The notes: generated by a model not told the origin, from the sequence alone. 49,621 nt of DNA, filler included, from Cladosporium halotolerans (GCF_011745625.1; 2 parts of 2 records of this genome joined end to end with filler, not necessarily neighbours in it), one strand, 5' to 3'; positions 34,930-47,689 are shown, counted from the whole stretch's first letter. Translations and numbers: made by a program.

Positions 34930-36036
34930 TCAACCCATGAACAGACGCATCATTCTCTCGCGAGCTCTATCCTCGTCCTCCTGCAGCAGATCGATCCGGA
35001 CCTCTTGCTCCGCACCGATATCGACGCGGTTCTGATCAACCAAGCGACGGTTGATCACGTTGACCCTGAAGACCTGACGAAGGCGATTCAGTCCATGAAC
35101 CTGACGCCCCTGAGGGATCATGACCTCCTGCTGTTGGGCGATGGGAAATGGCTGAGCCACGATGACCAGGGGCGGAGCAAATTGCTGTCCGTGAACGGGC
35201 GCTGGTTGCAGATTCGGCAGCTCCTGCTGAGGAGCAGCCTGCTCAGCCAATTCCATGTGACCAAGAGCGTTATGTGTTGCAACATCTGGATCCGGACGCA
35301 TGCCCAATGGGTCGTGCTGGTGCGCGAACTGAACTGGATGATCATCGATGGGCTCAACGCGCAGCCTACCCAATAGACCATAGCGCGGGCAACGATCCGC
35401 GCCCCAGTGGCCACTCATCTCCCCAGCAGGGTTGCCACAGATGTAACAGAAGCTCTCCCCACAATGGCAGGTGATATGGTTGCAGGCATCCCGCAACTGC
35501 ACCGGACGCTTGCACGTTGGGCAGATCTGGAACTGGACTCCCCTCTCGCTGGAGTTAGCCATAGCATCGTAGTCCTGCTGCGCACGCGCAATGTTGGACT
35601 CGCACCCGTGGCTCACCAGCTTCAACTGGCCGGGATATTCGCTGATGGGCGCCTTGCAGATCATGCAGTATGCCTTGTGGCAGCCGTGCTGCTCGCAGAT
35701 CTTGAAAGCGTACAGCGGAGTGTTGTTGTGCTGCTTCACGATCTTGCCGACGAACGCGCCGCAGTTGCAGTAGACACGCTCAGCTGGGAAGACCTCCTCC
35801 TCTCTGCTCTTCTCCTCGTAGGCACGGATAAGCGCGGCGCCATAGACGAACTCGTACGCACCAACGTCGAAGAGACTGTTGTTGATCTTGGCTGGGTATG
35901 GATCCTCGCCAGAGATGACACGCTGGACGACCGCGGTAAGACAGGGCTTGCAGACGGCGGCGGAGTTGATGATTACGCCGTCCACGCCGGGAGCGACATC
36001 ATCGCCGCAAATTGTACACTCAATGTGCGTGTCCAT
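34930..36036 (-). CDS. RBR (RING-IBR-RING) E3 ubiquitin ligase-like protein, 368 aa
   Basis: Divergent RING1 (CTIC...CKPC), IBR (YCNCG...C..C..YCMIC...HGC), RING2 CPTC...ACNHITCHCGESFCYIC with the catalytic Cys position. Confidence 0.88.
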   Translation of the reverse strand: MDTHIECTICGDDVAPGVDGVIINSAAVCKPCLTAVVQRVISGEDPYPAKINNSLFDVGAYEFVYGAALIRAYEEKSREEEVFPAERVYCNCGAFVGKIVKQHNNTPLYAFKICEQHGCHKAYCMICKAPISEYPGQLKLVSHGCESNIARAQQDYDAMANSSERGVQFQICPTCKRPVQLRDACNHITCHCGESFCYICGNPAGEMSGHWGADRCPRYGLLGRLRVEPIDDHPVQFAHQHDPLGMRPDPDVATHNALGHMELAEQAAPQQELPNLQPAPVHGQQFAPPLVIVAQPFPIAQQQEVMIPQGRQVHGLNRLRQVFRVNVINRRLVDQNRVDIGAEQEVRIDLLQEDEDRARERMMRLFMG

Positions 36037-37312
36037 GACGGCTGCGGAGCCTCTAGTGAGGCTTTGAGAATGCTCGAAGTGTGCCGTGTAGATGCAAGGC
36101 CGAGTGGGAAAATTGAAGAGAGGCTGGCAAGTCGTAAGACAGGGCTGTGTGTGTCTTTTAGAAGGTGAGCGAAGTCCAAGGCGAATGTGGAATCCAGCGC
36201 GCTGCGGCGCTTATGCTGCTGTGCGGTGGACTTCACTGCCCGAAAAGCCTCTGTCTTGCTTTGGGGCTAATGGCCTTGTGTTTCGAACTGAATGTCTTTG
36301 TGAACTGTGAATTTGCTCTTCCAGTCTCAGCTAACTCAGCGTCCTGGTTGTGATGCCTAGAGATTTGGGCATTACCTTCCTCTTGCTGCTAACGACGGGG
36401 CGACATCATCTCTCAGTAAGAACTCTTGCAGACTGGTGATTTGTTGTGAGTGACTGTTCGTGCTTTGGAAAGGGTTTCGAGGCACAAGGGTTGAGCGTGT
36501 ATGTCGCCGGGACCAACAAAGCGCAACAATGATTCCCACAAAATGAAGTGTCCCGTAATGAACGTTGGGGGACGCTAGCGCTTGTAGCAGGCGAGGAAAC
36601 GTGGAATGGTTTTCGAGGTCTGCGCCGTTGTTGACAAAGAGGTAGCTGGCGTTGGCGTCTTGCTGAGTTATGCTTGATCACAACTCAGTCACGAAGCCAG
36701 CCGCGCGATCACAAAGCGAGCCCGGGATTGATCAAGTCGGCAGGCAATATGCCTTCTCAACGTCGCAACCGTCGAAAGTAAGCATGCAGAGTCACTGAAA
36801 CCTGACGTGATCAAGCAATGGAGGCATTAAAAACGGGCTTTGGTCTACAGACACAGTCATAAAAACGATCAGCGAACAACGTGACGCGTTCAGCCTTGCC
36901 CTCACTGCTCGACCGCAGAGCCGCCCCCCTCCCCCTCCACCGTAGCTAGTGTCCCGACCTTCGTACAGTACTTACTGCTGCTGCCTGGACTACGCGGCGG
37001 GATCAACCGCAGACGCACAGACCTCCTGACTACCTATATATATTTTCTTTTCTCCCACGCCCTCTTTGAACTTTTCTTTCTCCTCATGTGCCGAGCGGCT
37101 CGCATCTCTGTCCTCGCTCACGAATGGGGCTCAGGGGCCATTCGAGAGCGCCATTGCACAGCGGCTGGCTCTCGATGGTGTGGCAATGCGAATAATTTTT
37201 GATTTCTACCACGGTCGAAGGGTCGATCTTACTGAATCTCCCGTGCCACTCTTTTCATCAGCCGCTTGGTCTTTGACCAGGCACTGGAGAAGAGAGCCTT
37301 GCATGTCACAAC

Positions 37313-37442
37313 CATGTCACCGTCACGACCATGAGCTGTTCTTGTGCCAACGTCGCTGGTTTGCAACTGCTTGTCGTTCCCATGTCACCGTCGCGAAAGT
37401 GAGCTTTCATTGTTGTCATTGTGCCAACGTCGCTGGTTTGCG
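37313..37442. repeat. Imperfect tandem duplication
   Basis: CATGTCACCGTC...TGAGCT...TTGTGCCAACGTCGCTGGTTTGC occurs twice (23-bp identical core at ~37342 and ~37420). Confidence 0.8.
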
Positions 37443-40400
37443 ACCGTGACAAGAGCCTGGAGGTGGATGGCAACCACACCGCCTCCAAATCACTTCGAAG
37501 TGCATCTCAATCATGACAGCCTCTCAGGTGTTGCCTTCAAAGTAACTCCTTCATCTAGCCGTAGTGTCTGTAGCGATGCTGAGCTAACACATCAGGAGCA
37601 TCACTGAGACCTATCAGATTGACATATCACGGCAAGCCCAACGACTCTGACAGGGCGGATGAGATTCTTGTGTGCATCGACGGCGTGCGCAGTGAGGCTG
37701 GCGCTCGGCCCTCGAGCGCTCAATGCATTATTCTCGCGATTCACCTCGTATGCCTAGAATCTTCGCAGTCAAAGGGGTATGCTTTTGCTCTTGCGCCCCA
37801 GCGCTCTGCGACCTGCCGGGAGCAATGACACCCACATGCTCGTCGCGACGAGAACCGCCAAGTCAGCCTCACACTCGACCAAGTCGAAGGTGTTGACGCG
37901 GCGGCATCACTTCTACAAGGGCAAACGATACGATTCAACGGTAACACATACGCCTGACCCATCTTGTGGGCGCCTTACTGCGACTACTGGCTTTGGCCTT
38001 GAAATCTTCCACACCGTAAAGGCGTCGATGGCATGCTGCCGTCGGGCAGACGTCAGAGCCCTCCGCGATCGACTCGTTCCTGCTAACAAAGATACAGTGA
38101 TATTTCCCATCACCAGAGAAGCCCGTCCATCAAAACAGCGGCCCAGATCGAGTTGTCCCTGGGCGCAAGCCACTCCTTCATGTTCACTCGGCCGTGACGC
38201 CTTCTCCAGCACACTCTTCCATCCACAAGTAACCTCGACGATCAACACACCTCGTCGAGAGTGCCGTCAGGACGAAACACGCCATAATCGCGACAAGGGT
38301 CGACGCCATTGATGAAGCGCCGGCTTCACGATGAGCGACCCGATCTGCCTAGGACCGTTACAGCGCTGCAACACTATCTCTTTATGTTGGGGAACGGAAA
38401 AAGAGGGTTGAACGGAGGATGCTTGGGGCCAAGAGCACGAAGAGCGAGCGCTGGTGGATACTATGGCTGGACCGCAAGGGGTGTCGGGAAAGGAACACAC
38501 AGACTGGAAACTCTTACTCTGAGCACCGTCAGATTGAAAATCGCTATGGGAACGAATCACTCATCTCACTGGGCGGTGGGAAGCATAGATTAGCGAGCTT
38601 TGCTGGAAGAAACTTGCGTCTTGCTGGGCCAGTACCGGAGTCGTAGCATAGAGGCATTCAAGATAGACATGGCATGAAAAAGGCGGGAGGGCATTTCTAC
38701 CTACGTTGATATGTCCAGGTCTTCCTTCTAATAACTCCAATCCGCAGGATTGCCCTCATCTTTGATCCTGCTCCATAATTCTTCAGATAAGTCTGTGTGA
38801 AGGATCGCAGCTTTTATTTGTGTCCCTTCAGGCGCACATATCTTCAAAGCCCTGCTCTTGCAATGAATGGAGAACTGTACACTGCATCGAGATCCAGCCC
38901 TCCCGCCTGTGTTCCATTGTCGTAGACGTTTTCCGGCTTTTTCTTTGTTGAGAGGCGTCACTGTCCACATACGCTTTGTTTGAAGCCGTGAGCGTCGGGA
39001 GCATGGAATGAAGTAAGCGCGATCGGCAAGGGATCAAGGAGTCGAGTGAGGTGGTGTACGGTGTTGTCGGCTGTCGGCCGAGTAGTCTCGCATCCGTTGG
39101 GAAGGTATAGCCGATGGGTTCGTTACGAATGCTGATCTGCGCGTGATTAGTAAGAGACACGATGTTGGACCATGTTTTACTGACGTCGTCTATGATTGAT
39201 TCTCTCAGTTAGCGAAGAAGGAGCATGACAGCGGCATTAAGTCGTCTCCAGGGACGGTTACCCAGGTTGGACATTGTTAATTATGTCGAGTCATAGGCAT
39301 CCGGAAGTACTGTTTCAAAATGCAGTAGTGCACCACTCATGATAGTACGACTGACTGCTATCAAGCCTTCACAATGAAAAAAGGCAATTATGAGGTTTCT
39401 CTTTGCGCACATGGAAACGGAAGTACTCGATACATCTTCTCGACGTAGCACCGTACGCAAGCGTTCCAAGGATTGCAATTTGACTGGGATGATTGCAGAA
39501 TAGTCGAGAATCGAACAGCAGGGGGTGGTACGCAACACGTGATCAATTGCTAACTATCCATGGTATAAAAGGTGTGTCGCACCAGACCGGGTAGTCACTC
39601 GATCAAGAGTGTTGTTCTCTTGGTCTAGTGGCTACCATCTACAGATTAAACTTTAAAGGGGACCACAGTGGCTGGGAAGACCACTTGATATGTCACCTCC
39701 CAATATGTTGTGGTTCCCACATTTCTTTTTGCCTTTGCACACAGTGTCACAAGATGAATACAATCTACACGCTAAGCAGACATCCATTTTTTGCGTTACT
39801 GCGGTGGCTAGCGATCCTCTGTTACCGATGTTTGTCTTGTGCATGTCTTGATATATGTCATTGAGGTGGAGATTGGGCCTAAGTGGGTCGACGAGCTCCT
39901 GGGTTCGAATCGGCGCTGCGGCAAGCATCTTTTGGGAGCGGCGGCGGCTCCCATGCACTTTGTCCCTGGCCTCCAATACTCCCTTTCCACTCTGAACTGC
40001 GCTCGTCTACTGTGCGCTCCTTATCGCACCCTCACCTTCACGCCCAGATCGTTGTATTTTGCATTGGAACGAACCCCTGAGAGTCTACGAATGCCGGAGC
40101 TTCGTCGAGGAGTTGTGGGAGCTACAGCAACCGCCAGAAGAGGCTTTGATCATTCCACGAAAGGAAGTAACGTATAATCGAGAGCGTCGGCTTCAAGGAC
40201 CAATCTTTGTCCTACTCCATTGTTATCGCGAGGGGAAGCGGTTAAGCGTTGTCGAGTGTTAGCACCTCTATTATAACTGGTGCTCGACAGCCGCTTTGGA
40301 CGCGACTGCAGCAAGCTCGTACACGTAATGCAAGGGCCACGGAGATTGATCGCTAGATATCGAGGATCACCATAATTATGGACATTGGGCATCGAAATGT

Positions 40401-41201
40401 TTTGGTAGCATCAGATGCTCCCTGCAAGTGGTTCTTTAAACTCGTCGTAGCTTGTTGCCCAAAGGCGGGTGTCCCCCCTGAATCCCGAAAATGTCTAACG
40501 CTTTCCCAAAACAAGCTTGAGTGAGGGAGATACCCAGTCGCTGTGAGTGGAGAATGCGTATCTCTGGATTGCCACTATGGTTTGTTCTGGAGGGAATTTT
40601 GTGAAGGAGCTACACAAAGACAACCTCGAGGGCGCAACACGAGGCCCTAGTGAATGGCAGAGGGAGGATATTACTCGCATGAACACTGCTTCGACTCGTC
40701 TTTGCACAATGATTCTTGGCCTCACTCTGTCGAGGTGTGACAAAGAGACTGGCAAATGATACCCCAAGGCTGCGTCGAGGGAATGCAAGGGGATAGGGAC
40801 ACAAACGGATCTTGACACATAATATTCATCTTCTAAATCGGAATCGCAACTTGAATCATTCCTGTATCAGGCTGCGCTCGTAGGTTATGCAGATGCTCAC
40901 TGTGCAGCAATTTAGCCGACGGGAAGGACGTGACAGCAATGTCCTCAAAAGCCAAAGACTTCACTGCCATTGTTGAGAATCCAGACCTCGCCAAAATGGC
41001 TAGTGAAAGTGAAAGCGATTGTTCACGTGGCGCAGATTCACTTGTCGTGTGAACCAAATATAATGAACCCTTCTGGCTGCGAACTCTCCTGCTTCCACCA
41101 CTCAACTATCGCTCAAAACTCGTGGGAGGCATACCGACAAGACATTCCCTGCACGACTCATCCACCGCGATATCATCATCCCTTCCATAAACAACGCGAA
41201 C

Positions 41202-43508
41202 ATGGCCGACGACGGTGCAAAGCCGCCGCCGACGCCTCGCAAAGTGACGCGTTTTGCTGGTAACCCGACCTTTATTCCTCCTTCCGCCATCGCCTCATCG
41301 CAGGATGCACCCCAGCAATCATCGCCAAATCGCACCACGCGTTTCGACCGCGAGAAAGACTTTGCTCTCAAGATGAGGGACGACGTTAAGAACATCGCGT
41401 CAAACGAGACCATCGACGAAACAATGGCCCAGCTTCAAGAGGTGTTCAACCATTTCACAAGAGGCGGCGATGAGCTCAACCTCGTCGCGTGCCAGAAGGC
41501 TGCGCTCTGCACACTTCGTCGCGTTGTCACTGCCTGGGGAAAATACATCCGCATCGGCACTACGCTCGACGGCGCTATAATCAGCTCTTTGGATTATCGC
41601 TACAGTGCTGTCAACGCTGTGATGCAGCCGTCTACCGCAGTGGCAAAGGCCCTCGCTAAGGCCCTCGCGAATGCTGTCGATCCTGGCCTCGAGGACCAGG
41701 AGACCATCGTCCACACGCAGAGGCGCATCGACAGCGTTACGCTTGCTGCCAAGAAGCAATGGTTTCTGTGGCAGAGCGAGATGGTCGCTGCAGGCAGTTT
41801 CGGAGAGTACGAGACCTCAGATCAGGCCTTGAGTGATGACGAAGCGCAGCCAATAACCTACAAAATGCAGCCTGGCCCTGCTACGCTGAATCCGCCAAGC
41901 ACCCCTGCCAGTCTGCTGTATGCCTCTGCAGATGACGAGAACGAACTCCACGACAATGTGAACATCTACGTTTCCGGCAAGGTCTTGAAGACGAAGCACG
42001 AAAAGCACAAGGACGCTCTTGTGGTCAGGCTCGAAGGTGCTCAGGCAGCGAAGAAGAACGCCACTGGAACGTTAGCGAAGACCAAGGCTCCCAACATGGC
42101 AGCGGTTCAGCCGGGTAGTCACAACAGCGCGATATTATCTGTGCCTCCGCAAGATCCCTCGCCGACCGAGTCCAACCGATCGCTCAGCGCAGCCCTAAAT
42201 GGCGTCCCGACCTTCATCAAGAAGCCACATAGCGCAGAGTTCTATCGTCGCGCCGTTGCGCTGGAAGGCCACGACCCGAGAACCGCTCCACCATTGCACA
42301 TGGCCCAGCGTCCGAAACAGGGTGAGAATGCCGGCGCCAGAGTCGTTAGAACGATCAAGGAGCCAGTGACAAATGTAGATGACAATCTGGCGTCTGAGGC
42401 TTCAGTGCCATCCATGGCGCCTCTCAAGACAAATCCCGGTGGAGGCGCGGACAAGTGGCTGCGCGACGAGGATGACTGGGGTCACAACTATATCGTTCGC
42501 AACCCCGGCGATTCGATGCCCATGGTCTATCGCGCGTTGAACGCTCGTTTTGCGAATACCGCGTACCGCGCGCCAGGAGAGGATACTCACTCATACCGTT
42601 CTGACTGGGTCGAGTATCCGCATCCTCAACCTCTGAGGAACAAGGCGACGCGCGACTTCGATGTCTTTCACCGTAGCTATCAGTCGGTCCGTCAGCATTT
42701 CGAGAACTTCAAGAAGGAAGTCAACGACGACGAGCAACTCCCGCCATACACCTGGAAGACTTGCCCGGACAACCTCGCAGTGCATATTCCGCCGAGGGTT
42801 CCGCCGCCCCGTCCTGACCTGTTCAGGGACGGCACCCCGATCCCTCGCGTTACCACGGCCGCGGTTCCAGCCCTCACCCATACGTCTGCCCCTGCTCCGA
42901 CGCCACTGTTAAATCTCGGGCGGCCCAACAACCTGCACGCCCCGCCGAGAGCCCGTAGCAAGGGCAACATGCACGCGCCTCCGAGGACCCGTGCCAAAGA
43001 AACAGGCTCGACGATTCTCATGACTCCCGCTGGCGCTCGTCAGCTCGACGGCACGCCTCTCCCTGACAGCAGGGTCTTCACGGCACCGTTCGTTCCTGCT
43101 CCTGCCCCCGCCGTTCCGCCGGCGACAGCCACGTACAGAGGTGAGAAGTACTTGAAATCGAGCGGTTGGACGCCCATTAACAAGCCGGTGTCAGGAAAAT
43201 TCATCCCCTACGTTCCGACTAGGCCGAAGCGCGGCACTCGCGCGGCTGCCAACAGGGCCGCTGCTTCGCTCGCTGCCATGGATCCGCTGGCTCGCATGGG
43301 GAGGACTCAGCGTCCGCGCGTCGGCATGTTCACTCTGGGCAGCCCGAATACACGCCAGCTTGCGCAGAGCGCGCAGAGCGCGAGGCCTTCGCTGATTGTT
43401 CGCCTGCCGGTTCCGAGCTTGTTTTCTGCTCCGAATCAGGCAGCCTCGTCGTCGGATTCAGCTGATGGGGAGGACATGGAGGTCGATGAGGAAGACGTGA
43501 TTGCATGA
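41202..43508 (+). CDS. Hypothetical protein, 768 aa, Pro/Ala-rich; possible central Myb/HTH-like segment
   Basis: Long intronless ORF with coding-like codon use. The pattern KW..EDDW...LNARF...RSYQSVR is only loosely Myb-like. Confidence 0.75.
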   Translation: MADDGAKPPPTPRKVTRFAGNPTFIPPSAIASSQDAPQQSSPNRTTRFDREKDFALKMRDDVKNIASNETIDETMAQLQEVFNHFTRGGDELNLVACQKAALCTLRRVVTAWGKYIRIGTTLDGAIISSLDYRYSAVNAVMQPSTAVAKALAKALANAVDPGLEDQETIVHTQRRIDSVTLAAKKQWFLWQSEMVAAGSFGEYETSDQALSDDEAQPITYKMQPGPATLNPPSTPASLLYASADDENELHDNVNIYVSGKVLKTKHEKHKDALVVRLEGAQAAKKNATGTLAKTKAPNMAAVQPGSHNSAILSVPPQDPSPTESNRSLSAALNGVPTFIKKPHSAEFYRRAVALEGHDPRTAPPLHMAQRPKQGENAGARVVRTIKEPVTNVDDNLASEASVPSMAPLKTNPGGGADKWLRDEDDWGHNYIVRNPGDSMPMVYRALNARFANTAYRAPGEDTHSYRSDWVEYPHPQPLRNKATRDFDVFHRSYQSVRQHFENFKKEVNDDEQLPPYTWKTCPDNLAVHIPPRVPPPRPDLFRDGTPIPRVTTAAVPALTHTSAPAPTPLLNLGRPNNLHAPPRARSKGNMHAPPRTRAKETGSTILMTPAGARQLDGTPLPDSRVFTAPFVPAPAPAVPPATATYRGEKYLKSSGWTPINKPVSGKFIPYVPTRPKRGTRAAANRAAASLAAMDPLARMGRTQRPRVGMFTLGSPNTRQLAQSAQSARPSLIVRLPVPSLFSAPNQAASSSDSADGEDMEVDEEDVIA

Positions 43509-44497
43509 GCTGGTTTTGGATAATGGGCTTCACTGCTGGGATGCTCGCCTGCAATGCAGCGCTCGCGTCCCAAGACATCAAACTTCTCGGAGGGGCGTCG
43601 TTCTGTCGGTGGGCGCATTTTCCTTGGTGTGTTGAGCAAATGGAGCAACTGGGTTTGGGCATCATGCTCAATTCTTTCGATGCTCTGTCGCAATCAGCGA
43701 CGTTATGTACCCGTGCTTGGGCACGCGGAAGGGGCTGGTCACCCAAAGATGACCCAAGTAACTTAGCATGATCCTGAAATTGGTTTGCAATGTTTTCAAG
43801 CTTTTCCAACCTTTACGAGTCTTCTGATCGTGATCGTGATATTTCAGTGTCCACCTGGGCCATCCTTTGGCTGTTCTGATGGTATGCGCCGCGCTTAGGC
43901 ATTTACAAGCTACGGCGTCTTTCGAAGCCAGGGGACTCGTAGCAGTGTACTTGAGGCTGCCAAATTGCTTCACGCGGTGAATCATCGCCTATGGCTAAGG
44001 GCTGCATGCAAGGGAACGCATCTAAACTTGGGACTGGTGTGTTTCATACAAGCTACGGACGCTCCTGGCCTCCAGCCGTCATTTCAGTCGAGGTATCCTT
44101 CTGAAGCTCGCTCTGAGATCGGAAGACCACGGGGGACACCGGCGTGAAGCGCAGCCTCGCTCTCTTGGTCTAAGATGTTCCGTTTCTGGAGACTCATGCA
44201 TTTTGCCGGGACTAGCAGCAGGAGCAACGATTTTGGAAGCGCGCCGTGCGCTGCAGAATGCTGAAAGCGTTCCGGAACTGGGAGCTGAGCTGAGATGTGA
44301 GGCCCCTGCCGGTGGCGAATTGGTTCTTTGGTAACATGGGGTAAGAGTATCGTGATCCGCTGCACCAAGGGCTGGCATACGAAGCTTATAGTAGCCACAA
44401 AGCGAGCTCTTGCGATCCGAAGGCTGCGTATCCCAGCACGGTGAGCAGCCAGCGCTGTTGCTTCTCTTGTGCAGTGTCCTGAGGAGTGGCCGTGGCT

Positions 44498-45229
44498 TCA
44501 GGTCTTCGTGAACGCCTTGTTCTGCTCCATGCTCCCACCGATGAAGTTCCTCAGCGCCGCCCAGCGGTCTGCTTGTGCCGAAGAGCCAGCCGTCACGCCA
44601 CTGGTCCCCTTGCTGGAATTCGCGGAGCCCACGCCTCCAGCCTTGAAATCGGCTCCCTTCTTGACACTGCCCACCAGCTGCGCGAGGTTCTTCCCAAACC
44701 GATCCATCTCCCGGCCCTCCATAGCTCTCTTCCGTTTCATAGCGCCAGGCTTATGCTTCAAGCTCTTCATCTCCATCTTGCCCTGCCCAGCAGCCGCCTT
44801 CCTCACCCGCCTGCGCCTCTTTGGCGCCCCATCAACAGCCATGCCCTCCTCCTCGTCCGAAAGCCCCTCCCACTCATCCTCGTCATCCTCCTCTCCCTCC
44901 TCAGCCATCTCATCCAGCTCCGGCAGCGCATCCGCCAAACTCTCCAAGTCCGTCTTGAGCTTCTTGTTCGGCCTGCGCGGCTTGGCCTTGCGCACGCCCG
45001 CGTCGCGCACCTTGTTCATGAGCACGCTGTGCTTCATCGCGCGCTTGTCCTTCTTGCTCGTGCGCCAAGCGGCGTCTTCGTCGTATTCCACGTAGCCGTC
45101 GGGCTTCGGTTTCAGGCTGTTCGCGATGTGGGCGGGGGGCGTGAAGGTGCTGCGCGGGTGGGAGACGGCGTCGCGGGGGGTTTTGGCGGCGCGCGACCGC
45201 ATTGTCGTTCGTTTGCGGATGGGCGCCAT
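44498..45229 (-). CDS. SLX9: Ribosome biogenesis protein Slx9-like, 243 aa
   Basis: SKKDKRAMKH, RRPNKKLKTDLESLADALP, SLKHKPGAMKRK...EMDRFGKNL, RWAALRNFI. Start taken at MAPIRKR (CACCATGG context). Confidence 0.88.
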   Translation of the reverse strand: MAPIRKRTTMRSRAAKTPRDAVSHPRSTFTPPAHIANSLKPKPDGYVEYDEDAAWRTSKKDKRAMKHSVLMNKVRDAGVRKAKPRRPNKKLKTDLESLADALPELDEMAEEGEEDDEDEWEGLSDEEEGMAVDGAPKRRRRVRKAAAGQGKMEMKSLKHKPGAMKRKRAMEGREMDRFGKNLAQLVGSVKKGADFKAGGVGSANSSKGTSGVTAGSSAQADRWAALRNFIGGSMEQNKAFTKT

Positions 45230-47300
45230 GGTGTGAGGCTGTTGTGTTGTGGTGTTGGCTGGAGGTATGGTTTTTTTGGTGCGAGTTGGCCTCGTGAGAG
45301 GCTTTGGGCGGGGAATTTTTGGCGGAGGCTCGCTTTCGGACGCCGAGGGGCAAATTTCACCAAGTCCGCTCGCTGGCTGGCGGGAAGATGGTGAGCAGCA
45401 ACCCAGGGCAGCCTTCACCTGATGCCTGCAACAGATGGATTAAACAGTCAGAATGGTTCAAAGTGTGCCTGCATTGAAAGTGTCTATAATATTCGCTATA
45501 TTGACGCCTTCCCCTTGCCCAAACCCGCTCTCCTCGCTTCTGCTCCAGCGACAGCCCTGATGAAGATGCAGAAGCAGCATCCAGTGAGCGATAAGTTTCT
45601 TTGTTGCCTCTGATCGCTCAGATCTTCCCGGTAGTATCGTAGAAGGAGAATCTTCCATGCAGAACCCCGGCAATGATGACGGTCCAGCCCCAGGGTCTTT
45701 GCATGCAGCCGACCCACCCTTGCAAGATGGTCAGCACGCCACGTGGGTCTGTCAAAGCTTGTCTGAACTTCACATTTTCTCCAGTGTCAACGTTGCCTTC
45801 AGCCTGTGGTATCTTTCCTGCTCCTTGCGATTATTCTTTTCGAACCTCCGATCCAACCTGCTTATCCCGGGGATGGGGCAGCCCCAGCTCGCTGCCTGCC
45901 TTTTGTTCATGCTGTCTGCTTGAGCCTCGGGCGAGATATTGCGGAATCTCTTCAGCAGTCAAGCTGCACCGCTAAATTTTCCGAGTTTGAAGATGGCAAA
46001 TGGCACACAGAGGCATGTCTGACTGTGCCAGCCACTTGAAGCAATGCTGCCATCGCTGCCGCCAGCCTTGCCAGAGTGGTCGCCTGCAAGGAGGGTCTTG
46101 CTCGCTACCGGAGCGACGTGGTCCTTTGTTGTGTCCGAAGCTGTGAAAGCGTGGTCCTCACAAAGCGATCGGCCTGCTGATCTTCTGAGACCCGTGGTGT
46201 CGACTTCTGCTCTTTTTCTTGCAAATGTGCAATGCCCTAAGTTCCCTGGAGGACGCTGGCTCCTCTCGGTGGTCGCAGCGGAGGGCAGGCAGCGAGTTGA
46301 GTCAAACCGGTACGCTTGCCAGTGATGAATGCATCCTCGCCCTTTGTTCTGACCCTGTTTCCTGATATTTCCCAGCTCTTCTGCTACTCCCACGACGCCT
46401 ATTGTCCTCGGTCTTGCGAGTGCTCCGTCCGGCCCCCTGATCCTTGCTGTCGCGCTGGTCTGCGCAAGCGATCAATCCAAGACCGGCTCCGAGCGCTTTG
46501 TTCTTCGAGGATCGGTAAAGACATGCCGTCGTGGAGCCTCCGCGCGAGCTCTTTGATAGCGTCTCTCGCACCAAAGACTTCGAGTGCTTGCTCGGGGGGT
46601 GCGTGTCTCTACCGGGGTCTTGACTGCCGGAGTGATTGGTGTCGGTGACGGATTCTTTCCGGGTGCGATCGGAGTGCAGTGCTCACAGGTATGCTCAATG
46701 TTGCCTGCTCGATACGCTGCGCCTCTGTCCGGATCTCTCTCGCGCATGCAGAATGGCGTCCTCGATCTGATCCGACGTGAAGCAAGGCCAGCCCATCAAG
46801 AAGAGTCTGTGGTCACAGAGCCCTTGTTCTCTTCCACACTCTGTGGTGAGCCCCCGACGGCTTTGGCTTGGTGTCGCTACCGTAGTTGCCTGCTCCACCT
46901 TGCACTACCTGACTCGGCGCTCCTCGGTGGACGCAAGCACGCTAAAAGGGGATGAAGATCTGTCATGGAAGCATAACTGTTTCAAGGTAAGTGTTTCTCT
47001 CATCCCGAGGTTTCTGAATGCTCGTTGTCGCGGCTGGTGGTGTGAAGTTGCTCGCGGAGCCCCTCACGGTCGCAAAGCCCTGCTGCCCACGCGGACCAGG
47101 TGTACGGCAATCACAATGCCATCAAGGCAGCACTAATGCAATGGTCGTACGCGCCTGCAAATGAATGGCATTGTTGCTAATGGCCATCTTGCACTTATCA
47201 GCTGTTCAAAACAATATTCCCCCGGCAATGGGAGGCGTGGCGAATTATCAGCCTTGCAACACGCCAAAATCAATCGCCCCGGCCCCGAATCGAACCCAGC

Positions 47301-47431
47301 AAAAAGAAATGTACTCCTTCTCGGAGCCCCTTTCGGGTTAATCTGTTTTTAAACCACTTGATTGACCACAAAGCGAGCGCGTTATCGTACTCACCTGGCA
47401 AGCCCGGGTGTGAGGTCGCAACCTCACACCC
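47301..47431 (-). ncRNA. Predicted structured small RNA, copy 1 (131 nt), family unknown
   Basis: TATATT starting at 47461 (-30); 5' hairpin GGGTGTGAGGT-TGCG-ACCTCACACCC; 3' AACCC-GAAA-GGG-GCTCC-GAGAA-GGAGT-ACATT; T5; B box GGTTCGATTC at 47287-47296. Confidence 0.65.
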
Positions 47432-47523
47432 GGCAGCCACCCGAACAAACAAATCAATATACCCACGACTGCGACGCCGACGTCACAAAAAGCAGCTGCC
47501 GCTCCCAGGATTTGAACCCCGGC

Positions 47524-47605
47524 AAAAAAGGGAATGTACTCTTTTTCGGAGCCCCTTGCGGGTTGATCGTATGCCACAAGGCTATGAGGTATGGACCTCA
47601 TAGCC
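47524..47605 (-). ncRNA. Predicted structured small RNA, copy 2 (82 nt, short form)
   Basis: TATATAA starting at 47635 (-30); hairpin GGCTATGAGGT-CCAT-ACCTCATAGCC; AACCC-GCAA-GGG-GCTC..GAGT-ACATT; T6; B box GGTTCAAATCC at 47508-47518. Confidence 0.65.
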
Positions 47606-47689
47606 AGCAGCCACCGGCAAAACCAATCTTATATACTCATGACTGCATCGCCGTCGTGCGTTGCCGACGTCAGGATTTGAACCCCGGCC

